A stretch of 60,680 nt of DNA, the filler included, from Barthelona sp. PAP020 (Eukaryota), in assembly GCA_040182905.1 (NCBI GenBank). It is 8 parts of 8 records of this genome, joined end to end, with 100 filler letters (N's around TTAATTAATTAA, not from the genome) between each part and the next. Parts side by side here need not be neighbours in the genome. Positions count along the whole stretch, not along the records: positions 15,360 to 22,909 come from JARQWU010000490.1; positions 23,010 to 30,483 come from JARQWU010000491.1; 6 more parts are not named here. One strand, given 5' to 3'. The notes under the pieces are model-generated. The model ran no database searches. It had not been told where the DNA came from and saw only the letters and a program-made list of their open reading frames with translations. Positions 19,491-30,583 of this stretch are shown here, piece by piece. How positions within the stretch are numbered: position 1 is the stretch's first letter; each line of letters begins with the position of its first letter. The position numbers were made by a program, and so were the translations under genes.

Positions 19491-21329
19491 ATGTTGAAAA
19501 TAGGATATACTGCTTTACTTTTGATTAGCATATGTATACTTGGTGCTCATGGTTTGGAAGAAAAATGTAAAGCAACCGAAAATGATGGAGAATTTTTACC
19601 TTGTGATTCGGGAATTACAAATTTAAATGGTGAAGTTATGGTAACAAGTGATTGGTATAATTCAAGAGATTTTGGTAATTTTATTGTTGAAGATGATGGA
19701 AAAATTTTTTATTATTCCTACAGTTCTGGCAAACTTGTCAAAAGTTTGGATAAAAACGAGCATTATATAAATGTTACGATACCTAGTGGTCATTTACCTG
19801 TTTTGGGATTGAATACATTTGATATGAATCATAATGGACGACTTGATTTGATAATATGGGGAACTCATAATGGAGGTGTTAGTTTGCACATAGGATATCA
19901 ACAACCAGATAATTCGATTGTTTTAACTGAAATGTCTAATTTTTTGGCCTGTGATATTCCACTTTCTTTGGATTCCAACGGTAACTTCTTTGTTGATTTT
20001 TTTGGAGAGAAAAAAACCGATTCTTTGTGTACTAGAGGCTTTTGGCAATCATCTTCAACTCAAAATCAGTTTGTTTGGGTTGAACAATCGCCTTTTGGCA
20101 CTTCTCCATTAGGTAGCTTGGTAAAAGGTGTTCCTAATGCCGTTGCTGACATGAATAGTGATTGTCAAGCAGATTTATTGATTCGTAGTGAGGCTGGAGG
20201 ACAGCAGTATTTGGAATTGTGGTTATTTAATAGTGAAAAGAAGTCTTTTGTTTTCAATTACATTCAATTATTGCCTTCTGGATCTCGCGAGATTGTGGTC
20301 ACTGATCTGAATGGAGACGGGTCGAACGACATTTTGTTTGTTGTGAAAAATTCAACATTTACCGGTGTAAACTGGATTTTCAATCATCAAACACCTCTTT
20401 GTACCTTGATTCGTGTTCCTTTTTGTCGTTCAAATGAGCAATTATGCACTATTGACAATGATTTTAAATTAGCCTTTGACAAGATGTATTCTTTGAGCAT
20501 TCCTAACCTTGGTACTGGTTTGATTCGAATGATCGACCTGTTGGCTTCAAGTCATCCAGATCTCATTGTAACTGTCAATGATGGATCTGGCGAATCTATC
20601 AAAGTATATCACACAGTATTAAAGGGTTCACCAGGAGGAGAAATTGTGATGGTTGTCCAAACCTATTTTGCACTTTCATCATTGAAAAACGTGACTTCTT
20701 TTGGTGGCTTTTATGTTGATGATCGTATTGGCTTTATTGTTAACACATATCAAAGTGGCCAAAAAAGAATTGTGTTATTTGCTCCCTGGATTGATACCGC
20801 TGCTTTGTGGATTACGACTATCACTTCAAATGGTGTTTGTGCAATCTGGTGTTCTGATGTGACTTTTCCCGATCCTAAGCCTTATGGTAGTGTTTTACCA
20901 GGTGTAACGACGAAATTTATATATTCGGATGCTTCTGCAATTCCCAGACCAAATATTGGAACCCAAATATCAAGAACTTCTCATTCAATAATGGAATTGC
21001 CTTTTATGTTTGCTGGAATGGGTTCAAGTGGTAATTATCTAGACATGCTCTTTGTATCACCTTCTTCACAACATCAAGATCATGTAGCCTCTTGGATTAC
21101 AATTATTCCAAGAGCAAAATTGATCTTGTTCCCTTTCCCAATGGATATTCCAGGTTCTTGGCACAATCAAATGTTGGTTCAGCCTTCAAATCTATGGAGG
21201 TCATCCCTTTTAGTTTCTGGTGGACTTTTGCTCATAGTCACATTGATTGTTGGAATATATTATCGTGGTGAATTGCAAGAGGATGCCAATGAAAGAAAAG
21301 CAAAAGCTCATTTGTTTATTTTAAATTGA
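19491..21329 (+). CDS. ITFG1: ITFG1/LINKIN/TIP FG-GAP repeat membrane protein
   Basis: Signal peptide from ATG 19491, FG-GAP-like DxNxDGxxD repeats, KPYGSVLPG, one C-terminal TM helix and a cytoplasmic EDANERKAKAHLF tail. Confidence 0.85.
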   Translation: MLKIGYTALLLISICILGAHGLEEKCKATENDGEFLPCDSGITNLNGEVMVTSDWYNSRDFGNFIVEDDGKIFYYSYSSGKLVKSLDKNEHYINVTIPSGHLPVLGLNTFDMNHNGRLDLIIWGTHNGGVSLHIGYQQPDNSIVLTEMSNFLACDIPLSLDSNGNFFVDFFGEKKTDSLCTRGFWQSSSTQNQFVWVEQSPFGTSPLGSLVKGVPNAVADMNSDCQADLLIRSEAGGQQYLELWLFNSEKKSFVFNYIQLLPSGSREIVVTDLNGDGSNDILFVVKNSTFTGVNWIFNHQTPLCTLIRVPFCRSNEQLCTIDNDFKLAFDKMYSLSIPNLGTGLIRMIDLLASSHPDLIVTVNDGSGESIKVYHTVLKGSPGGEIVMVVQTYFALSSLKNVTSFGGFYVDDRIGFIVNTYQSGQKRIVLFAPWIDTAALWITTITSNGVCAIWCSDVTFPDPKPYGSVLPGVTTKFIYSDASAIPRPNIGTQISRTSHSIMELPFMFAGMGSSGNYLDMLFVSPSSQHQDHVASWITIIPRAKLILFPFPMDIPGSWHNQMLVQPSNLWRSSLLVSGGLLLIVTLIVGIYYRGELQEDANERKAKAHLFILN

Positions 21330-21808
21330 TTTGTTAAATAGATATTTTCATCCTTTTAATTCCCTCATTCCTTATCGACTATAAATTGAAGTATTTCAAG
21401 ATATAAAAGTATAAAAGTATGTATTTTATTGAATTTTTTTTTTTTTAAGAAGAACAGTTGAGTTAAACCATATGGTATTCCTTTAAATAAGTTATAGCTT
21501 GAATATATGTGGAATTATTTTTTATTTAATTTGGTGGGAGTATTTTTCTTTTGTTTAATTGAAACCATTTTTTGCGTTTTATTCGATCAAAACTGTCCCT
21601 AAATTCTTTAAAAAAGTCTAAATATTATTGAACAATTTTTTTGAACCTTTTTGCTTTTGGATGTATGATTAAAACCTTTAAACCTATCCCCTAAATAAGA
21701 AAAAGAAAGTATTAACACATTTATTTTTAACTTAAAACAGTTTTTGCATAAAAAGGCTGAATTTCCAAACAAATAAATAGGTGTATGGAATAATAAACAA
21801 AATAAACC

Positions 21809-22432
21809 CTATTTTTTCATTCGAGCAATTATTTCATGACAATTGATTGGTAAACCATTATCAACGTATTGATGTATAAATGGAAGTGCAGAATCAGGTA
21901 AACCTGGAATAAATGAATTGTTTAACGAAAGAATGCACTCTTTGATTTGAATTTCTTTCGAATTCGGTTTAACTCTTCCTTGCCTCAAATTTTGTTCCCT
22001 AGTTTGACATTTATCAGAACAATAAGGTGACCTAAGCTTGTCATTTCGAATCACACGTTGGTAACATTCACGATTGGCACAAAATTCCCCAATTTTATGA
22101 TTTACTCCCTTTCCTCCATTGATAGATATGGTTGGAGATGTTGATTCCCGTGATATACCTTTTTGTTTAGGAAAAATCATTGGTAACCTCGGAGTTGTGT
22201 GTGTCACTTCAATAACAGTCCAATTGTTATTGAAGCGATTGTTGTCATAATACATATTTAAGGGAGGACTTGAATAAGGGGTTGGATTAAAAGATGGTTC
22301 ACTGGGTGGTAAACAAGAAATATTTGTTGACATATTCGGAACAGGAATTGTCGTTGTTAATGTATTAACGTTATCAATGGTTGGTAACGCAGGAAAGTAA
22401 TAATCATTAAGAATATTTTCTTTTGGAAACAT
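21809..22432 (-). CDS. Hypothetical protein with a Pro-rich N-terminus and a C4 zinc-finger-like motif
   Basis: CANREC-x12-YCSDKC followed by a basic segment QTREQNLRQGRVK. Confidence 0.7.
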   Translation of the reverse strand: MFPKENILNDYYFPALPTIDNVNTLTTTIPVPNMSTNISCLPPSEPSFNPTPYSSPPLNMYYDNNRFNNNWTVIEVTHTTPRLPMIFPKQKGISRESTSPTISINGGKGVNHKIGEFCANRECYQRVIRNDKLRSPYCSDKCQTREQNLRQGRVKPNSKEIQIKECILSLNNSFIPGLPDSALPFIHQYVDNGLPINCHEIIARMKK

Positions 22433-22821
22433 ATTTTGATACTAAATAATTTTAATTTAACGATAAATTCTAAATAAAGTATGTTGAACCTGATATTTTT
22501 GATATCTAAATGGTATTCAAATAATTGCGAAGTTAATAAAGGAAGTTTTATTTCTTCTGTGAAACTTTTTAATTGTGCTGTAAATATCTATTTTTTTTTG
22601 ACATTTTTGTAATTCAAGTTTGATATAAAAACATTTTTTTTTGCATTCAAAGAACTATTCGATTGTTCAAAAAAAAAAAAATTTCAAAGTATAGAAATGT
22701 TCTTCAAAAACTTGAATTTTTGGATTTATTAGTGTATTTTTGAGATAAAATATGCATATTTTGATAATTAAGAGTGAATAAATGTTAAAGAAAAAACCTT
22801 TCAAATTCAATTTTTTCCATT

Positions 22822-22909
22822 ATGAATATTGGATATAGGAATAATCCTGACCCTGGTTCATTACCTTTGATGTGTGAACCAAAGGTTGTGGCACCGCGAA
22901 TTCCTGAAC
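22822..22909 (+). CDS. Possible 5' gene fragment
   Basis: ATG at 22822 after an AT-rich leader, open to the contig edge (MNIGYRNNPDPGSLPLMCEPKVVAPRIPE). Confidence 0.35.
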
Positions 22910-23009
22910 NNNNNNNNNNNNNNNNNNNNNNNNNNNNNNNNNNNNNNNNNNNNTTAATTAATTAANNNNNNNNNNNNNNNNNNNNNNNNNNNNNNNNNNN
23001 NNNNNNNNN
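22910..23009. other. Artificial contig linker
   Basis: N-run with central TTAATTAATTAA. Confidence 0.97.
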
Positions 23010-23888
23010 TTTAAGTTATTTGGGCATTTAAATCCACGTGAGTTTTTCCCAAACCTTAAGCTAACTCGTTTCGTTGTTCACTGAACAACTCATACCTCAT
23101 AAATATCTAATAACTATGTTAATTTACAGAGAAAGAACACAAAAAGAACCGGTTATAACCAATTTCTGTCAAAACCCTAAAGTGAGGGAAGAAATTGATG
23201 GACTCAAATGTAAATAGAATAATCAATTGTGAGAATTTAAGAAACATTTTCCATTTCAATTTTTTGAAAAAACAAAAAAATTTAAAATCACAACTTTCAC
23301 TTTTGAAATGAAAGTATTAACAGATAGGTTTTTGAAAACCTTTCACAAAATAAACATAATTCTTTCTTATTCACTCATGGGTACAGAGCTGTTTGCTCAG
23401 GAAATAACAAAAATAACACCATTAAATGTCACCAAAGTTTGAGTGCTCAATTTCAGTTTTGTAGTAAGACGTTTGTTCGATATTTTATCTTCTCAAATTT
23501 TTTTGATGTTTGTACCAGTCTATTTTGGGATTGAGGTAGTTTTTGATGTGAAAATAAGTCCCAAAAGCTGTAACTGAGTAAAAACTACTCTCATCTCACA
23601 ATTGTTCAAAAACCAAAAATAATAGCAGTGATTCATTTATGACCCATTAACACTCTTTCAAGCTGGTTTTGTCTCTGCAATGAACAATCAACAGATGAAT
23701 AAAAATGTTTATAAAACTGTTTCACTCGTTTATTTCAAAGGCTACACAGTGAAGAGGGTTGTGTCAACTTTTTTGGAATGGTTATTTGCAAAGTTTTCAA
23801 GCAAAGGAAAAAAGGAAGAAAAGAAGATTTTAATCTTGTAAAAGAGAAAGGGTTTAAAATAACAATTATTTAATCTATTTACAAACAT

Positions 23889-26800
23889 CTAACAATATCC
23901 TAAAACAATTTCACCGTTTAATGAACCATATAAACTGATATTATAATGAGGGTGAAAAGAAACACAAGTAGGTTGAAAAGGTAAAGGTTTTTGCAATTTT
24001 GTGAATGTGTTTGAATTCTCTTTATCAAAAACCATAGAATAAGAAAACGACAAATCGCAAAACAAGGCAGTATTTTTAGTGGCTAAAGTTGAATACTTTG
24101 GAACTTCGCTAAAACATTGAAATTGTGAATTCATTGAATGTTTGGTAAATTTATCAAAATTTTCAAAGTTGAAGACTCTTATTTCAGATTGAGAACGAAT
24201 GGTTTGATCTGTTTGTTTTGTAATTAGTAAAATCTTTTCAGCTTCTGATAAAAATTCAAAATTTTGAAAGTTTCCAAAAAAGTTTCCAAAATCTCTGTAA
24301 TCAAAGACTTTTCCATTTCTATAATCAACTTTACAAATACTACCGTTTGTATTTGTGATAAAAATATTGCTTCTATGGCTAATAATTTTGTTAACATCAT
24401 CAAAAGGAACTTGAAAAGATTGTAAACTGTTTGAAAAACATCTCTTATCAAAAAATTGTACAGAATTTTTATTTCCAAAGATCCATTCATTGAAGTTATA
24501 GGAAAAATTAAAACATGAAATATTGGAATATAATTGTTCAATGTCTCCAGATTGAATATCATAAGAAAAGAATGTTTTACTTATTTTAGAGTTAGTAAAA
24601 CTACTATTTGGTGCTAAATAATATAGACTATCATTCAATATTGATAAATTTTTTATTCTGGCTATTCTTTTTTGAATTTTAACTTTCATGCTGTTGAAAG
24701 CTATTAAGTTCAATGTATTCTTACTATTAGATACCAACAACTTTCCATTTTGATGAAAATTGATCGATTTGATTTTTTCATTAGTTATCATGTAAGAATT
24801 AAAAGATACATGTCTGTTAAATGAGTTAAATAAAAGATCAGGTGAAAAATTTGTGAATTTTTGGAATGTTTTATTTATAACAACAGTTGAGTTTAAATTA
24901 TCATTATTAGTTGAATAATTTGTATCAATATTGATGACATTATGAGTTTGAATGGTGTTGTTAGTTATCAACAAAGAATCCATCAGATTTTGTAATGTTT
25001 CTTCCGTGAGATTGTTATTTTTCGATTGAATCACATCTTGAAACCATAACTCCCCAATACCATTACTATTAGGAATGAGAGATAAACTTTTTGACAATAA
25101 TTTCAAACTTTCGTTGAATATTTCAATATTTTCTATAAGTTTTAAATCTAAAACTTTTATAAAATCTATCAATTTTGGTAATGAAACGATTATTTTATCA
25201 ATAAATTGATTATCTTTACCACAAACATCTAATAAACCATTTAAAAATTCCAAAATCAATAAACAATCAATAGATTTTGTGGTTTCGGCACTTATTAGTA
25301 TATCTAATAGAATTTTGGTTATATAGAAAGCATTCAATGCTCCAAATTCAATGAATTTTCCCAAAACTTTTCTTTTATTTTTTAATCGGTAAAAATGCAA
25401 TTTTAACCATTCAATAGAAAATTTGGGACCTAAAAATGTCATAATATCAAGAAAATCATCTTCATTTTGCAGCTTTTTAACAATATATTTTTTCTTCAAT
25501 TTAGTCATTTGAAATTTATAGTTGATGGAATTGTAACTTTGTAAAGGAATAGCATAATCCTGTAAAATGCTTAAAAACCTCCAAATATTCAAATTACTGC
25601 AATATCTATGCAAAAAATCAAAATATATTGGATTTGCAGATAAATACAAGAAATGATTATTGAAATTGATTATTTTTGAAGTATAAATTAATTCTTTTGC
25701 TATATCATTAAGATAAGTCGATAAATAACTGGAATAGGAGAATGATAAATTTGAAATAAACATACTTTTCTTCGTTTTCAAATGCCAATAATAATACTCA
25801 AACAAACTATCAAAACTTTCAAACTTTTCAAAAAAATTAAACCTTTTCTCATTTCTTTCACAAAATTCTTCTATTGATTCTCGTTTATCTTTTTTAGAAG
25901 GATGTTTACTTTCAAACAACTGTAAAAACCCCTCACTATTGAATGCTTTCTTTTTTACTTGTTTGGCAATATTTTTATGCTCCAAAGAATTTAATTTAAA
26001 TCCATAGTTTAAGTCAATCCAATCATCAATGTTCAATTCATCATTATTCAACAAACTCAAATGCCAATCTATGAATTCTTCTGGACTCAAATCTTCTTCA
26101 TTTCTCAAGTCATCAAATCCATCTATTTTGTCAGAAACAAAGATGGAAGGATCTGTGTAAAGGGCATAACATGCTTCATCTGGGGTTTGATTGTACATGT
26201 CTCTCATATCAATTGGAAAATGACTGGGATCAAATACAGGTCTAACTCTCGCCTGTAATAAGTTTTTTCCTTTATTTCGAGATGTAAAAATTAAATAACT
26301 GAGATCAGAAATGCTTTCTTCAACATGGTATCCCAATTGTGAAAAAAGAACTTCAATATTCATACCGTGTGACAAATGAAATAATTCTGCTTTGGAAGCA
26401 CATAAATCACGTTGTCCCCCATTGAAATCAGTAACCCATGGATAGAAACTACTAACAAAACCGTCATAATTCGATCGATAAGAAAGAAAATTAAGGTATT
26501 GAAGATACTCAAAATTGCTTATTTGTTTTTCATACCATGCCAGGAAAATGTCACAAAAAGACCTTTTCCTAAAAAAATAAAAAAAATTTTCATCTGTTTT
26601 TGCTGTTTTTGCCAAACTTTCACAACATTCTTTGGACTCCAAACAACTGTATCCATAAAAGGTGGGTAAGATTCCCTCATATGATCTCAAACAATTCTCC
26701 AACCTGCAATTTATATCTAAAAAGAAATGATTAGACTTCAAAAGTTCAAATGTTTCAAATAAAATGCTTAGAGTAAAATCAACAACAGGAAAACAATTTT

Positions 26801-27257
26801 CTTTATAACAATTATCAAACAATGTATCAATCATCAGCATCATTGAGGGTCTAGGTATTCTTTCAATTATGAAAACTGAAAAAAATTTGTTTCCTGAATT
26901 TTCATTCTCAGTAACAAATAAACTGATTATATCTGGCAATCCAATACGTTTAACTATGGTAAACTCTTCTATTTCAAATACATTTGAGCAATCATCTAAT
27001 CGATTCTTTAATTTTGACAATTCAAACTCTTTCAAACCATATAATTCCCTATATTTATCAATCACATATTTAACACTTGTATCATTAAATAAATAATACC
27101 TTCTAATATTACAACATGTGATATCATTTATGTTTTCGATAAAATTAAAATCTTCAATTTTTATTATCAATCTATCATTCATTTCATTGATAAATTCACA
27201 ATGGTTGATGTCCAAATTATCAGTTGTACATTCGTATAAATAAGAAGTTTCATCCAT
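23889..27257 (-). CDS. WDR81: BEACH and WD40 protein of the WDR81 type
   Basis: ISNFEYLQYLN...YPWVTDF...ISDLSYLIFTSR...VRPVFDPSHFP...TPDEACYALYTDPSIF...WIDLNYG matches the WDR81/LvsG/GFS12-type BEACH domain; WD-like C-terminus. Confidence 0.85.
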   Translation of the reverse strand: MDETSYLYECTTDNLDINHCEFINEMNDRLIIKIEDFNFIENINDITCCNIRRYYLFNDTSVKYVIDKYRELYGLKEFELSKLKNRLDDCSNVFEIEEFTIVKRIGLPDIISLFVTENENSGNKFFSVFIIERIPRPSMMLMIDTLFDNCYKENCFPVVDFTLSILFETFELLKSNHFFLDINCRLENCLRSYEGILPTFYGYSCLESKECCESLAKTAKTDENFFYFFRKRSFCDIFLAWYEKQISNFEYLQYLNFLSYRSNYDGFVSSFYPWVTDFNGGQRDLCASKAELFHLSHGMNIEVLFSQLGYHVEESISDLSYLIFTSRNKGKNLLQARVRPVFDPSHFPIDMRDMYNQTPDEACYALYTDPSIFVSDKIDGFDDLRNEEDLSPEEFIDWHLSLLNNDELNIDDWIDLNYGFKLNSLEHKNIAKQVKKKAFNSEGFLQLFESKHPSKKDKRESIEEFCERNEKRFNFFEKFESFDSLFEYYYWHLKTKKSMFISNLSFSYSSYLSTYLNDIAKELIYTSKIINFNNHFLYLSANPIYFDFLHRYCSNLNIWRFLSILQDYAIPLQSYNSINYKFQMTKLKKKYIVKKLQNEDDFLDIMTFLGPKFSIEWLKLHFYRLKNKRKVLGKFIEFGALNAFYITKILLDILISAETTKSIDCLLILEFLNGLLDVCGKDNQFIDKIIVSLPKLIDFIKVLDLKLIENIEIFNESLKLLSKSLSLIPNSNGIGELWFQDVIQSKNNNLTEETLQNLMDSLLITNNTIQTHNVINIDTNYSTNNDNLNSTVVINKTFQKFTNFSPDLLFNSFNRHVSFNSYMITNEKIKSINFHQNGKLLVSNSKNTLNLIAFNSMKVKIQKRIARIKNLSILNDSLYYLAPNSSFTNSKISKTFFSYDIQSGDIEQLYSNISCFNFSYNFNEWIFGNKNSVQFFDKRCFSNSLQSFQVPFDDVNKIISHRSNIFITNTNGSICKVDYRNGKVFDYRDFGNFFGNFQNFEFLSEAEKILLITKQTDQTIRSQSEIRVFNFENFDKFTKHSMNSQFQCFSEVPKYSTLATKNTALFCDLSFSYSMVFDKENSNTFTKLQKPLPFQPTCVSFHPHYNISLYGSLNGEIVLGYC

Positions 27258-27317
27258 ACATAAACTACTAAAAAAAAAAGAACAGTCAAACGAGTTTATA
27301 CCATGTTGTAAACGAAA

Positions 27318-27874
27318 TTATGCACGTCCCTTAGTGGCCTTACCACGATATAAAGCGACAAGAGCACAATCGTTGACGGAGACGACTTTAAAACGAACAC
27401 CGGGAATATCACCGACTGCCTTTCCGGAACGACCGAAACCAGAAATAAGAACACGATCACGATCATTAATGTGAGCAAGGTTACCATCACCAGGAACGAA
27501 AGCAGAAACGACCTTTTGATTCTTCTTTAATTGAACTCTGACGCATTTACGGACACCAGAGTTAGGTTGTTTGGCTGTAATACCACTAAATATTAGTATT
27601 CATAAACTATAAACAAATTAAAATTTAATAATTCGAACAATCAAACATACTATTGAGAAACAACCAATCCCTTGGCATGAGAAGATCCAGAAAGGGGATC
27701 AGCCTTTAAAGAGGCGGAAAGACGAACACGTTTGAAACGCTTATCAGCCCAACGTTGGAGCTTACGATGAGAACGGAGCTTACGACCAGCATTAATACCA
27801 CGAGGCTTTCTTTCAAGTTAGTTAACGTTAAAATACAATGGGAATATAAATAAAATCACAACAACATACGACAT
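27318..27874 (-). CDS. RPS23: 40S ribosomal protein uS12/RPS23 in three exons (27874-27870, 27809-27651, 27585-27318)
   Basis: Removing two GTATGT...AG introns (60 and 65 nt) gives 432 nt, 143 aa: [13 protein letters not shown]...[16 protein letters not shown]...[10 protein letters not shown]...KGRA. Missed by the ORF track. Confidence 0.97.
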
Positions 27875-28020
27875 TTGACTGCAGTGTAACCAATAATAAG
27901 GAAAAAAATGAAGGAATTATTTTTTGGAAACATTCAAATTTTCTTTTTCATTTTTTAATTGTCATCAATTTCATTTAAAGACAATATTTTACATTATTGA
28001 TGATATATAGAAATATTTAA

Positions 28021-28293
28021 ATGTCTACTTCTTCCAAAAAAATTACTTTAGAAGACCGATATGCTATTTCCACCAATTTTGAGCATTTACAAAAAAAATA
28101 TAAAGGCACTGGTCATGCAGATATATCTAAAGAGGAATGGTTGAGAAATGTTCGAAAAGATCAACAAAGTCATATTGTTCTTCAACCATCTTTAATGTCT
28201 TTTGTTTCAATTGCTCAAAATATGTCCAGTGAAGAAGTTAGAATTAAATTGTTAACCGATATTGGAACTAACAAAAATCCTCAAAATAAATGA
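28021..28293 (+). CDS. SF3B5: Splicing factor 3B subunit 5 (Ysf3)
   Basis: DRYAISTNFEHLQKKYKGTGHADISKEEW matches the SF3b10 consensus (EHLQxKYxGTGHADTTKxEW). Confidence 0.92.
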   Translation: MSTSSKKITLEDRYAISTNFEHLQKKYKGTGHADISKEEWLRNVRKDQQSHIVLQPSLMSFVSIAQNMSSEEVRIKLLTDIGTNKNPQNK

Positions 28294-28807
28294 TTTCCGT
28301 TCTTACTATTTCCAGTCCTTTATCTTTATTGTTGCTTTTATTTTTGTTTCAATAATCTTTATCACTTTTTTTTATTTGGTTAAAGTCTTGAATCAAATTT
28401 CATTATGTTTGTACTTTCAATACATTATATACCAATTTCACAACAATTATGAATTTACTTCAAACAATTTTGTTTATTGCTTTGAAAATTGAAGGAAAAT
28501 TGGTCAACCGATTCGAAAACAAAAATCCTTTTTAGAAATCAATGAGCTATCTTTCATTTCAATAAATGTAAATTATTTGTGTTTTTTTTAAGATATAAAC
28601 AATATCTTTGTGATGGGATTTGATATCTCTTAAAGAAAGATTTTGTGAATTTTTTTTGAAATGATATTTCTTATACAACCAAAAGTCCAATCTAATTGAT
28701 GCTATTTTCAATAAATTTAAATAATAAAAATTTTTTAAGGGAATCAGATTTATAAATCTTAAAAAAACAATTTGTTGTTCTTCCAATGATTATATGGTTT
28801 ATTATCT

Positions 28808-29986
28808 ATGAAAACTGATAATTCGTTAATAAGTTTTCCACGACGTATAGTATTTATTGAACCAAAGGATCAAATGTCAATGAATGTTAAAATTCAACAT
28901 TCTTTCACTGAAAGCACACCATTTAAAGTATATCCACCTTTAGGAAGGAATTTTGTATTATCAGGTCAATTATCTCAACCATTTTTATTACCAAATCAAA
29001 ATTTAGAATTTCGTGTTCAATTAAACAAGAAATTCAATTCATCCATAAATTTTATTGAAGATGTAATAGTATTAAGAACACCTAAACATACTTTACATAT
29101 ATTTTGTCAATTTGTTCGAAGTTGTCCACCGAAAACCCCAGTAAGAATGTATACATCTGAAGATTTAGCACCACAAACATCTTTTGAATCTATAACACCA
29201 ATAATACCTGAGTTCCCTTCTCCTCCAACGGAAAGTGATGATTATGAGTTTGAAAATTATTTTGAGACCATTACTCGAATTGGAAGTGATGTAAGTATTG
29301 GATTAAAATCTCCTTCGAAGACCTCACTGAAACCAACCAAACGAAGACATTGTAAAGATCTTGGATTTGCTCCATTATCGCCAACGAAAATCACAGAAGT
29401 TAAAACTTCCGACAAAAAACAACCGCTATTATCCCATAGGAAATCTGTTGAAACTATTTATCCAGATATTCAGACAAAGTCAACACCCAAATCTCATTTT
29501 GCTAAGTATGACAAAGGACAAAACAATGTTTGTGACAATGTGGTATTACCTGAATTGAATGAAAGTGTTTCTCCTTTGAAAGTAATAAATTCCCCTCAGA
29601 TTAATGATGTCTTGGAAAACATTTGTAATTTCAGTTTTGATAATGAAGACAGGGATGAAAATCGTTTTTCTGATGATGAAAATAGTGATGTTCTTGTTGG
29701 TATAGCTTCTGCCCCACCACCAACAGTTTCTCCTTTAAAATTAGAGAATGTCACACGTAACAGAGCGTTTTCTAATTTTGAACACGGAAGAGTTCTGAGT
29801 CAACGAAATTTCATGAAACAATTTGACTTAGGTTTGAAAAATAATCAGATTTCTTCAAAAGTCAACAGACATTTTAGTTTTAGTTATTCAAATAACAGTG
29901 GTCTTAATGATTTGAACTTATTAAGCTTTTCTCAAGCTCAACAAAAACTTCCTTCCTTGACAGTTTTAAAGTCTTTAGACAAATAA
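28808..29986 (+). CDS. Hypothetical protein with an N-terminal Ig-like (MSP/ASH-like) domain and S/P-rich disordered tail
   Basis: About 105-aa beta-rich N-terminus (FPRRIVF...FKVYPP...LLPNQNLEFRVQL); low-complexity remainder. Confidence 0.65.
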   Translation: MKTDNSLISFPRRIVFIEPKDQMSMNVKIQHSFTESTPFKVYPPLGRNFVLSGQLSQPFLLPNQNLEFRVQLNKKFNSSINFIEDVIVLRTPKHTLHIFCQFVRSCPPKTPVRMYTSEDLAPQTSFESITPIIPEFPSPPTESDDYEFENYFETITRIGSDVSIGLKSPSKTSLKPTKRRHCKDLGFAPLSPTKITEVKTSDKKQPLLSHRKSVETIYPDIQTKSTPKSHFAKYDKGQNNVCDNVVLPELNESVSPLKVINSPQINDVLENICNFSFDNEDRDENRFSDDENSDVLVGIASAPPPTVSPLKLENVTRNRAFSNFEHGRVLSQRNFMKQFDLGLKNNQISSKVNRHFSFSYSNNSGLNDLNLLSFSQAQQKLPSLTVLKSLDK

Positions 29987-30483
29987 CTTTTGTAAACCTC
30001 CGATATTTCTTTTTAAACGGTTTGAGACATTCTTATTATGAGTGATACATTCCAAAATGGATATTTAATCAAGGTTTTTTTGGACTTCTTCAATTTCCTC
30101 AACAATTGAAATATTCAGTAGAATACGATAAATGATACAGGAAAATTTATAATTCAAAGAACCATATCGGATATCCAAATTGAACAACAATTGAAAAAAA
30201 AACAATAAACAAACAATTTATTTTCATTCTTAAATTTTCAATTCAAGCATGGTCTATTCTTCATAATGATAAAAATAAATCGATAAAAATACAACGGATC
30301 AAAAGAAAAATCAACTCAATGAATGTTCATTTAAAAAATCACCCAAAGAGCATTTGAAGAACATTCACAACATTTGTTCTTTCTTCATATAGATTGTGAA
30401 AACATAAAACTGTACAGGTTTGGGCTGATACACGGTGGACAAGAAATGAGAAGCTGAATTGTCAACGTGTTCTCAACCTGGAT

Positions 30484-30583
30484 NNNNNNNNNNNNNNNNN
30501 NNNNNNNNNNNNNNNNNNNNNNNNNNNTTAATTAATTAANNNNNNNNNNNNNNNNNNNNNNNNNNNNNNNNNNNNNNNNNNNN
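30484..30583. other. Artificial contig linker
   Basis: N-run with central TTAATTAATTAA. Confidence 0.97.

Noticed and set aside
23125..23145. TACAGAGAA resembling the U6 ACAGAGA box
   Set aside because: No downstream AGC triad or internal stem-loop.
27296..27490. 64-aa ORF in the track
   Set aside because: Wrong-frame shadow of RPS23 exon 3.
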